Of a stretch of 41,195 nucleotides of DNA, positions 11,579-23,100 are shown one piece after another. Position 1 is the stretch's first letter, and each line of letters begins with the position of its first letter. This stretch comes from Mesotaenium endlicherianum. Taxonomy: Eukaryota. The stretch is from the NCBI GenBank assembly GCA_009602735.1, contig WELA01003597.1, positions 353,505-394,699 of the forward strand, given 5' to 3'. The position numbers and the translations under genes were made by a program. The notes under the pieces are model-generated. The model was not told the DNA's origin. It made no database searches and was given only the letters and a program-made list of their open reading frames with translations.

Positions 11579-13054
11579 ATGTCGCTAGTGAGAACTATCG
11601 TCGGCGTATTTGTGGGTAATCTGCTCTTTAGGAGTTCCATGGTGCCGAGCTTCCTTTGCGGAACTCTTCTGGGAGTCTATGTTGGTCAACAGTATGATCT
11701 TCCAAACGTGCAAGAAAACGTAGAATGGTGAGTAGCGTTTCATACGGCACTCGTTAGCCGAGTAGTATTATCTATTGCAGTCTTGAACTTCATACGTGAT
11801 CAATAATCTCACAATTTGAAGGTATTACAGTGTGCTGGTCTTTGGCTTGTCTGCTAACCGTCAGCTAAGTAGTACCACGGATGTCGTCTGAAGGTTGTTC
11901 GCGTCCACGTTTAATGTTGAAGTAGTGATGGCAAGACCTTTTTGTTTCCTTGGAGGGGAGAATTAGGGAGTAGCCGTCAGAGCTTGCATGTAATTTTAAG
12001 AAGAGTCCTTCAACCTAATACTGACATTATAGTACAATGAAGGAGATTTGAGGGTGTGGTCTCAATCTAGACCGAGGTATCTTTCTGTTCAATTGCTCTG
12101 CAACCTTGACCCTATATGCACCTTCACTGCAGTTCATTACTTAATCTCACTGTCAACAGTTTTGCAAAGCTGGGGATGTCTAGCACATAGTGAGCTTGAA
12201 TTGTGGGATCTGACGCCTCTGTTAAAACGGTGATCACAACTCCACCCTATGGTAGCCTGCTTCTGGAACTGGTGGGTGTGGGTAAAGGAGAGTGAGAGCA
12301 TAGTGATCTCTGGTAGAGTTTGACTTTGAGCATATATTTCTACAAAGTTGATCTTACTTGACCTGCAGCAAGTGCCTCATATGTATGGCATATATTTAGT
12401 ACCACAACTAGCTAGTACGGACCCTCCTAGTGCTTTCCACCTTGGCAGTAATTTGCCACTTTTAGCTCTATGAGCAAAGCAATGACAGTAATCCGTGTTT
12501 GAGGTACCGGGTCTGCTCTCCAATGGAGTGCTGGCTTTGGAGGATGTTATTCATGTCTTGCAGCTTGTCAAGTTTACTTACCCTGCATCCAGGCATGCGA
12601 AGCTTCGTGGCGTGTGTAGGGTGAAAGTAAGAGCTAAGGGAGAGTGTGAATTGACCAAGCAAGTCTCAGAGTTTAAGGGTGCAATTTGCTCATGAAGGGC
12701 ATGCATAGAACCGATGCAACCTTTGCTGTATCGTTTACCGTTGTCAACCTAGTGTCCAAGAGGTATTGGAGCAAGGTGCCACCTTAAGTGTGAGGGATCC
12801 TTGTGCATATTCTTTTGTCCTTAGTCATTCTTGAGATGAGGGCGCTCGCTGTCTTGTTTGCAGAACTTTTGTGTAATTAACCATGAAACCACAGTTGTAC
12901 ACATCGAGCTTCGCATGAAGTGAGGGAACCGCTGAAGGGACTTGTTCTTGTACTTTCTCTGTACTTGCTATCTTACTTTGGCAGGGTGTATGAGTCCGTT
13001 CAGAAGCTGGACCGCAAGTACCGCAGGGATGGATCCGACGGCACTGGTCAGTAG
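11579..13054 (+). CDS. 72-aa single-pass microprotein, STMP1/C7orf73 (DUF4535)-like; exons 11579-11727 and 12985-13054
   Basis: ATG at 11579, TG|gtgag donor at 11728, ttggcag|G acceptor at 12984, TAG at 13052-13054. Translation MSLVRTIVGVFVGNLLFRSSMVPSFLCGTLLGVYVGQQYDLPNVQENVEWVYESVQKLDRKYRRDGSDGTGQ carries the family signature G-x-Y-x-[AG]-Q-x-Y-x-[LIV]-P-N and the plant-type 'YR' tail. Confidence 0.85.
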
Positions 13055-13683
13055 ACTTGTAGCTGCGGAGGCCAGATCGACGTCACAGATTTCTCCCCCT
13101 TGATTCTTGCAAACTTGGCTTCCTCATGCATCCTGTTGCGGTTGACTAGAACCTTCAAACCTTCAGGCAGCACGATGTTTAGAGTCATTCTGACTTTCTT
13201 GTCTGAGGAGTAAAGATAGCCTCAAAGGAATTGAGAGCTCGGGGTGAAGAGAAAATTATATGTTAGGTGTGAGCTGCTGTGACGCTGGTTTAGTAGGCGT
13301 TCTGTGACGCTCAGAGCTCAGAGCTTGCAGATCATGGAGGAGAATTTTGATGGCATTACGGAAGTCGAGGGGCGGTGACAGGAGGTCAATCAGAGGTCGT
13401 ATAGAAGCTCAAGGGAATGAGTGGAGAGTAAAGTACTTGTTTTGGATTGCAGCCGGCCATACTTTGCGAGGACGGTTTGCTGTTTGGGGTCAAGGCCATG
13501 CGCTACGGAAACAAGCAAGCGTACTCAAGGGCCTTGAGGATATAGGGCCTTTGGTTACTGTTGGAGGAGACAAGCTAGAGTGGCCTCATGAGTTCTGCGT
13601 GAGGAAAAAGGGTCATAGACAATCTGCAAACACCAATTGTGGCTCGGTGAAGTAGCATTCGAGCTATCTGCAGAGCTTCCGCC

Positions 13684-16600
13684 ATGGCTGGCGTTGATCC
13701 GGAGGCTGTGAAGATGACAAAGATCATTCGACGAATAGAAGCTGAAGTGGTATGATGGCTGACATTCACCGTCTTCTTGAGTAACTCCATCTAGGCGTCA
13801 TGCCGCAAGTTGTGGTTCCCAAAGGAATACAACCCTAATTCAGCTTGGCCGAATCCCTCACAAAGTCAATTATTGCCAATCTGAATGTTCTGCCTGTGCT
13901 TCTTAGTTTGATGACCCTCTCTGCAAGGTCGGGGTGTAATCCTCGTGCAATACAGGGCAGATGTTGATGTTTGAGACTATTTATTACATATATCCTCACA
14001 CCGCAAGAGAAGGTCGCGGACCTGATGCTGGGGTTGCAGTTTGAAGCACAGGTTTCACTGCAGACTTAATTGGCGTAGTATATGAAGGATAGCTTGGGAA
14101 AACGATATGCACAGCTTTTGTGCATGAATTTAGACAGCAGGTGCACAATGACAGGGGGGCTGTATAATCAGCTTGCCTGCCAAGTAGCACGAGTTTGTCG
14201 GAGACAATTTTGAGAGGGTGACCATGGGCCGAGACCTATGGCAGCTCACACTCAGCCAAGTGTTTGCCGGGGCTTGTAGGGGAAGGTAGAAGGGTGCCAT
14301 TGCTTGTAATGAAGTGACGTGGTGACTTTCTTCTTCAGCAATCTCCACCTTCATTAGCACCTTCGAAATCTGGTCACCATGTAGTGGAAGTGGAAGACAA
14401 GGTCAGGGGTCCAGCAGGGAAGGGGTTGAATGAAGGAGAGGGACCTGGCACGTGCAGTACTCGTAGGCGATTCAGAGTGGCTGATCTGAGTTCATGCATG
14501 TGTCCTCAACATGAGTGAGCACATGCAGACCCATTTGTTCTCACTGCTGCTGAGACTAGTAGGTGGGAGGGAACCTTGACATGTGGACACGTGTTCTGCT
14601 GGAATAAGAAGAGGGGTGGATAGGTCTGGGAGTTAGATCTTAGGCTTTAGCACGCTCCCATGCGTGGATGGGGCTGTCCAGACATGCCACATACACAGGA
14701 GTATCTGAGACATACTTTGAGCAGTAGGGGCGTGCATGTGAGGACATACTGGAGACAGCAACAGAGCTGTCCTTTCCCTGTGTTGCTTGCAATCACGTCC
14801 TCCTCCTGACACGCACATGCACACTTGGTAAGGAACTAAAGTGGCGTCGCCCTGTTAACACACTCTTCGCGGGCATCTTGACTGACATCTCCCCCCACAT
14901 TGACACACACACGCACACTTGATGGGCGATTCAAACAACAACATCCCCTTCCTGACACATATATGCACACTTGGTGGGCAATTCGATGAGCAGAGGGCGG
15001 CACAGGACATCCTGGTGCGCAACAGAGCCCGCTTCAAGCCTGCGCTTCAAGACGACTTCGACGGCGCCCCCCCTGCCTTCCAGGTGTGCGCAATTCTCGC
15101 ACTCGACTGAAGTAGCACACCTGGGCCCTTACTGATTGATGTGTGTATTTTAGAGCTGTGGCTCTCGGGACCAGTCTAAGTGCAGCAGGCCCCATCACCT
15201 ACCGGGGGATTGCCTCATGCCTGTTCACGCTCTGCACATGCCACATGCCCCCGCAGCCTGTTGCTTTAAGATTCACTATCATGCTCCCGCTTTTTTTTGA
15301 GCTCCCCTGCCTGCCTGCCTGTCCCACCAATTTCGTGTTACGTTTGAACTGTGTCTGTTTCGATCGTTTTCTGTCACACCCTGGAGTCAGTGCTGCGGAG
15401 GGGATTGATGCGTCTCTTTGTTCTCGACCCAGGCATTCTGGAGAGAGCCAACTGAGAGGGCGTTGGCGAATGCTGCTACCCTGGAGGGCGTGGTGAGCGT
15501 TCTGACGAGCTACTCGTCCCAAGGTGCGCATGCTCTGAATACCCCTCCTTTGTTGCTCTTGCAGCGGGGCTTGGGGTCCTGTACCGTGTGAGCATAGAGC
15601 TCAGAGCACAGAGTTCGCATGATGGCAGTTGGCCTTTGGTCTTTCTTCTGTCGGAGACAGTAGAAAACCTGTAGCACGTAGTGCATGCAAGTGCATGTAT
15701 ATTGCAACATGCATGCATGCATGCATGCATGCATGCATGCATAGAAATGCACGCGCTTGAGCCTATGCATGAATCATATAAACACTAGTCTGTGTCTTTA
15801 CAACCATGCTGTATCAGAATATAAACAGCTGCAATGTTGAAGGGGGACTTGTGCATCGTAGGGTAGGTGAGTATTTTTGAACAAAGATTGTTGCGTGCCT
15901 CAAAGGATAAGATGTATGTGCTCTTACGTCATAGGAGGCATGCTTTTGGTCAGACAAAAAGTTATATAGGCATCTTTTGACATCGGAAAGCGTGAAGGGT
16001 CTTGCTCTAGGAAACTTCTATGTGCCAGTATGAGGTGCGATCCGCTCCTGCTATCGTTAAGATACAACACAATGATGTGCACTTCCAACACCTAATGCAT
16101 GTGCCATATTGCCATGCACAGGTGTCCCCGGTGCGGGAGCCTTGTTGGAAGCCGTGCAAAAGTACGGGGCGCAAGCGGTTGCCACGCCCCTGGTGTCCTA
16201 CCTGAAGCTGACAGCTGGCCTGCTGGCAGCCCAGCCCACGCCAGCACTGGCCGCCTACATGGCAAGCATGAAGGCGGCGCGGCCCCAGGGCAACCCTCAG
16301 CCGGTAATTCCGGGAGTCGGGAGGGGCTACGGGAGGGGAACAGTTGTCGTTGGGGGTGCCCTTGGCTCTTCAGGGTCAGGCCCGCTGCCAGGTGCCAGTC
16401 ATGGGGTGGGACTGGTCCCCACAAGCTCTGGGGGTATTGGGCCCCTTGTTGCATCTGAGGCTGTCGGCCGGACGAGCTCGGCGGGAGGCGCTATGCTGTC
16501 CAATCTGGGACGGTCTGCTTCGTCTGGATCTGGGGGAGGCTCATCCAACGGCAGCCGGGCCGAGTCTGGGGCTGGGGCGTCCTCCTCGCGAGGGCAGCCA

Positions 16601-19600
16601 GCTCCCTCAGGCAGGGAGGGTGACCGGGGGGCAGGCGTGAGCGCGGGTACCAGTGGGGTGGAGAGGAGACACGTGCGGTCAGAATCGCTAGACAGTGTGG
16701 CGGGATCCGAGAGGGCGGGGTTGTCTGTCAAGACTGGAGTCAGCGGGTATGGGCAGGCGACAGCCGGCGCCGACGAGTCCAGTCCCAGCAGGCACGGCAG
16801 GAGTGCAAGTGCATCTGGTCTTAGCGCAGGGCCAGGTACACCGGGGTTGAGCGGCCAGGCTCTGGAGATGGCGGGCAACCCTTTGCTGGCGCGACTGCAG
16901 CTGCAACAGGGCAGCGGCGGAAGTAGAGGGAGCTCCCTCAGAAGCTCCCCCAGCTCCACGCCCTATGACAGCCCCAAGTCGCTCGGGGCGGCGGAGGCGG
17001 CGGACCCTGATGGGCCCGACTTGATTCGCAGCACGTCGTCTCTGCGGGCGCGCGAATTTGCGGCGTCGAAGAACCTTAAGGTGGATCTTAAGGCTGTTGA
17101 GCAGAAGGCCCGGAGGGCTGCGGATTCGGCAAAGGCTGGGGCTGGGGTTGGGAAGCTGGCAGAGGTGAAGGAGCAGAGGGAGGGAGGGGGGGAGGGAGGG
17201 ATCAATGGACACAGGGGCGAGAAGAATGGGAGGGAGCAAGCGGAAGGAGGAGACGCAGGCCGCCGGCAGGGGCAGCCGCAGGCGCCAGGCGCCGGCCGAG
17301 GGACAGCTGGCGTGCACAGCAGGACCATTCTCTCCCCGGTATCACCAGGCTCTTCTGAGGGGGGGCCCTCGTCGGCCGAGAGAAAGGCGACTGGTTCTGC
17401 TGGCACCGGTGCTGATTCTGGTGCTGCAGGGGCAGCAGCACTAGCGGGGCCCAGCCACGAGGGCAAGGGGGGTGCTGCTGCTGACGAGGATGCGGACTCG
17501 CAGTTTGCATCGCCAACGGAGGACTTTGAGTCGCCGTGCTCGCATTTTTCGGAGACCAGCAGCGGGCTCTTCTCCGTGGGCTCTAGCCGCGGGGGGGGGC
17601 GCAGCAGCAGCCGCGCCACCAAGCGCTTTGCCAGCGAGCTGGAGCAGGCGGGCGCCCTACGCGACTTCAATCTCAGCCCCCTGCCAGCCTCTCGCTCTGC
17701 CCAGCGGCTGGACTTTGTGTCACCCCCCAATGCAGCTTCGTCTTCTGGGGCAAATGCGGAGCCTAAGATGGATCCGGGGCCCGGGCCGGGGCCAGGGTCG
17801 GAGCCGGTGCCCGTGGCTGCTCCTTATGTGTCTGCACATACAGCAGATAGCCGCCGCATAGCAAGCTCCCAGAGTTTGCCTCTCCACCCTGGCCCCAGCC
17901 AAGCTGCTGCTGCTGCTCCTGCTGTGGCAGCTGGAGTTGGGGGTCATGCTCGTGCCGAGCCAAGAGCTGCTGCTCCTGCTGCTGCCGTTGCTGCTGGTGC
18001 TGCCGCTGCCACCGCCGTCGCTGCTCCTCCTGAGAGTGCGGTGCGCAAGCAGCCCGGGTCTTTGACGAGCAAAGACCTGCGGGAGCTCAACGAGAAGATG
18101 GCGGCGGTGATACCGACAAATGTCGTCTCCTCGTGGCTCCAGCAAGCCTCCCCCACGCCGAGCGTGGGCGCGGAGACGCCGATGTCGCCTCCTGCTGAGG
18201 GGGGCAGCCCTCCCTCTGCGCTTGGGCACCTTGAGAGCCAACCCAGCCTTCCTTTAGGAAGTCCCAGTCTGCTCACGATGCCGGGAGAGGGGAGCGCTAA
18301 GAAGGATGCCTACAGCGGGCAAGAAGAGCTTGAGGTTGCGAGAGAGGGGGAGGGAGGGGGCGGGGAGGCGTCAAACGTCCCCCCCTGGGAAGAAGGTCCA
18401 GGTTTGCCAAGCGACGAGCAGGGGGAGGGCGCGCTCCTCTACTCCAGGGGCAACGCCATGGCTGCCTCGGATAGATCAGTTGCAAGCTTCAGGACCGCCA
18501 GGTCTAACGTCTCCGCTGCAGCCTCGTTCTACTCGGCCTCTGGCGACAGCGTGGCGGCGTCGTCTCAGAGAGAGTTCCTCAGGAAGGGGTCTTTCCGGAG
18601 CTTAGCGTCCGCAGAGGACGCGAGGGAAAGAGCTGACACAGCAGTGCCTAGGGACATCCCCAGGGATACCTCAGGAACGGGAGGAGTGGTGGCTGGCATG
18701 GATTCGACTCCAGAAGCCCGGCAGCAGGAAAGCTCGAGGCAGAGTTCAGAGGCGCTGCAGAAGCTTGTGGTGCTGCCAGGTGTCGCCGTGCCTGAAGGCT
18801 CCCAGGGGGCAGCGCTGGACAGGGACGATGACGCAAATGTGCTTGTGAAGGGCAAGGAGGGGGAAACTGGCGACAGTGGGAACAGCAGGGAGGCGACAGC
18901 CGCATTCTTGAAGCCGGCACAATTCCCAGCTCTGGCGGAGCTACGGGAGCTTACGGCAGCGCACGCCTGGCACTCGCCACCCAGTGAAATAATGCAGGGG
19001 CACGCTGCAACGGCGGTGGCGGGGGACGATGCCACGCCAGGAGAAGCGCAGCAACGGGCAGAGCTGGGGGAGCAGGAAAGTGGGCAGGGACAGAGACAGG
19101 AGGAGGGGGCGGGGATTTTGGTACAAGGACTGCAAGAAGGAAGAGGGGAGGGTGAGGTGGGAGAGGGGAAGGTCAAAGAGGAGTTGACGGTGGTGGAGGA
19201 TATGGTGCGCTCACAGCTGCCAGTTGTCACCGCGGGCTCCCAGCAGGAGACAGAGGCAGATGTTCCCCTCGATCGTGAGAACTCAGGCTCTGTGCGTGTG
19301 GGAAACAGCGTGCTGCCTTCGAACGGAGCAGTGCAGGCCACTGTTGCAGATGTGGGCCGCGACGCCCTGCCAGCTGTCCAGGCCACGCTGGCGGTTGCTC
19401 CCCGACAACAGGTGCTGGGAGGCGAGGAAGCCAGCCCCGATTTAGGTGGTGAGGAGAGATCCTGGGAAGCACTAGCAGCAGCAGCAGAAGCAGCAGTTTC
19501 TGGTGACGCGGCTGCTGCCTCTGACCCCGCGCAGCAGCTGCCCTCGACGGAGGGCATGGAGACAGCTGTCGAGGACGTGGGCACGCACGCTGCCGCCACC

Positions 19601-20067
19601 CTCCACCCCAGCAGCCCTCTGAAAGCGCTTGTCGCGGAAGGACAGCTGGCGCTAGGCGACGCCTCTGCAACTACAAGGCCTGCTTTGGCTGGGAGTGAGG
19701 TGCCTGGGAATGTCCATCAGCAGAGAGAAGTGCTCAGGGACGCTGCAAGCCCCCTGGAAGGCGGCAGGGAGACTGGTGAGACAAACAGACTAGAGGCTGA
19801 GGAGGAGGAGAAGGTGCAGCGGGGAGCTGAAGGAGGTGTTGGGAGAGAGCTGGCGGAGGGGCCTGCTGTGGGGATGAGCCTTGACATCGTCTCCCCGAAG
19901 CCGAGTAGTCCAGACCTAGCTACGGAGCAACATTTGCCGGGCGTGGGCACAAACCATCTCTCAAAGCTGGAGGTGCCGCATAAGCCGTCTCTGGTGTCGC
20001 AGATGCTCGCCCCTGCAGCAGCAGGAGGAGGAGGGGAGGGGTGGCAGGGGCGAGGGGAGGGCGGGGA

Positions 20068-20100
<33 letters not shown>

Positions 20101-23100
20101 GGCCTCCAGGATGAGCCCCAGGGAGGTGCTGCAGAGGAAGGCGGCACTGGAGCTCTCCTCCTCCTCAGGCTCCTCGCGCTCCAGGGGCAAATTCTGGGGA
20201 GGGGGGAGGGGCTCTCCCAAGGGGGGCGACGCAGTGGGCCCGCAGGTGCGCGCAGGCCTGCCAACTGGCGAGGTGGCCACGTCTCACTTTGCCAAGGAGA
20301 GCGACAGCAGGGGGGAGGAGGCTCCGGTAATGCACATTGTGTCCCCCTTGGATGCGCAGCGTCTGCTCAGCCATGGGGGGGACTCGTCCCCCATGCGGCC
20401 CCTGCGGGACATTGCACCCCACAGTCTGGTGGGGCACGACGAGGGGCCCGACGGCACCGTTCATGGCGGGCAGGAGATAGCGGCGGCGCTCAACCACGAC
20501 GACGGCAACAACAGTGGCAGCAGCAAGCACAGCCGCGGGTACGCCTACCACGAGGGCGAGGACGGCGACACTCACGCCGCCGTGCCGCCTGCTGCTACTG
20601 CTGCTGCCGCTGCTTCCGCTGCCGCTCCTGCTCCTGCTCCTGCTGCTGCTGCTGCCCCATCGCCTGTGCTGAGGGGCCCGCGAAAACCCCCCCCCCTTTT
20701 CGTCGAAGAAGCCAGCGACAGCTCTGGCAAGGAGGAGCCTGCTGTCCCAGCACAGGTGCTGCCATCGTCGCCAGGTTGGGGTTTGACGCGCCTGACAAGC
20801 CCCAGAGAAGCTGCACAGAAGCACCTGGCAGAGGCGCCGGGAGGATTTGACGCAGCGGGGGCTTCTGACAGAGGTGCGGCAGCGAGGGGGGGGGAGGCTC
20901 TGGTGGCGGAGTTAAGGGAGGAGCAGCAGCAGGGCACGGCGGCCGATATGCCGTCGTCCAATGAAGCGCTGACAAGTGTCCTTGCTGCGGCATACAACGT
21001 GCTGCCGGCAGACGAATGGGGCTCCCGGACGGCGGCGCCCATAGCGGCGGCAGGGGCGCACAATGGAGACGAGGGAGGTGGTGGGAGTGTGCCAGTACTT
21101 TCACCAGGTGGTGTCCAGGGGACTCATGAGGGGCTCCCCATCACGCCTGGCAGCGTGGCCCAGGCCATCCACGCTTTTGAGAAGAGCGCGCGCCAGGTGT
21201 TGCAGGCTCAGGATGTCTTGGGGCGCTTCTCTGCAGGTCGCCGCAAAGGGGGGGGTGTGGAGGCACCGGCACCAGCAGCAGCAGCAGCCGCTACAGCAGG
21301 GGGACACGGGGCACCGGCTGAGGGGAGCAGAGGTGGCAGCGCACAGGAGCTCCAAGTGGGTGCTGCTGTGGCTGCAGGAGCTGTGGCCCTGGCAAAAGGT
21401 GATGATGGAGGTGAAGGGTCCACTCTTGTTGAAGTTCCGGCCCCGGTGCCGACTCTGGAGAGGGGAGAGGAAGAAACACAGGTAGACAAGAGGGAGGAGG
21501 AGGGCGTGCATCAGTATCAGCAGCAGAAGCATGAACAGCAGCAGCAGCTGCAGCAGGAACAGGAGGAGGAGGAGGAGGAGGAGGACGTCCCTGTGGCCCT
21601 TCCCCCTGCAGGTTTGGCCGTGGCGCACGCAGCGCATGCCAGCAGGGAAGCTGACGGGGACCAGGGGGGTGATGCCGCTGTGACCACATTGTCAGCTGTC
21701 AGTCCCCTGGATGACACGCGCGCCGGGGAAAGAGGCGGGGGTGACGCATCACAGCCAATTGGCAGTGATGGAGTGCACGCCTATAGTGATAGCTCATCCA
21801 GAACATATTTTCCTGGCGTAAGCTCTATGAGCACCCTGGGGACAACAAGGCAGTCTCTGAGAGAGGGGCAGATGGAGGAGCAGGAACAGGAGAAAGAGCA
21901 GGGACGGCAGGGGCAAGGGCAGGAACAGGGGCAGGGGCCGCTAGGGGTAAGTGGTTCCAGTGCGAAAGGAGCTCCCGGGGGCATCCTTCTGCCAGAATTG
22001 CCAGCACTGCAGTCTGAAGAGGACGAGGAGGAGGATGAAGAGGATGTCCCTATTGCCGAGCCTAACGACGAAGGCATACCCGTTGCCGAACCTGAGGAGG
22101 ATGATATTCCGATTGCCGAGCCCGACGACATACCCATTGCCGAATATGAGGAGGATGATATTCCGATTGCCGAGCCCGACGACATACCCATTGCTGAACC
22201 TGATGAAGAGGACATACCGATTGCCAAGCCTGACGACATCCCCCTTGCTGTACCTGACGAGGAGGACATACCAATTGCCGAACCTGACGACACCCCTCTT
22301 GCTGAACCTGAGGAAGAGAATGTACCTATTGCTGAGCCTGATGACATCCCCCTTGCTAAACCTGACGAAAGCATACCAGTTGCCGAGCCCGATGACATCC
22401 CCCTCGCCAAACCGGATCCCATACCTCTAGCCCAACCTGTGGAGGCTGCAAGTGTGAGTGGGCCGGGACGGGGCAACTGGGGAGGCAAGGGTTTTGACCA
22501 GCTGGTGAGCTTGCAGCGCAGCCACCTGGCGACATTTGCCAGCCCCTCTCCCATCCGGAGATCCTCAGCCCCAGGCCTGGTGCGCGCCGGAGGCGCGGGT
22601 GGGGGCGGGGCAGCGATCCCCACAGCCTCGCCGCTGATGCAAACCAATCGCCTGGTGACGGGCGCCGTCCTCAGCCGCGCAGGACCGGGTGGGGGCGATT
22701 TAACGGCGGCCGTCGAGCCCGTCGACCCGCGCTTTGCAGCAGCCTCCAGCCCTGCTTCTGGCGCTGGAGGCGGCGGAGCTGGGGGTGGGATCAATTTGCC
22801 GGGCTCTCCAGTAATGTCTGGCCCCAGGGTTGCCCGCAAGGGCGTGGGAGTCAGTCTGGCGGGCAGGTCCTTTTTTGAAGGGGAGCCGATTATCAGGTTA
22901 GGGGGGAACAACAGTCCTGGCCTCGCTAGGACGGGTGGGGTGCAATCGCCAGGGGCTCAACAGGCTAGGCCAGGGCTGTCAAGAGCAGGTGGGGGTACTT
23001 TGACAGGTCCGTCGCAGGCTGGCAACGAGCCGGAGAGAAGGGTGGGGTCCACGTTGGGCCCGGTTCTCATCAGGACAGCTGGGGGAGATTTAACGGGGAC

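Noticed and set aside
22046..22438. CRISPR-like regular repeat
   Set aside because: In-frame coding repeat with no unique spacers, in a eukaryotic exon.
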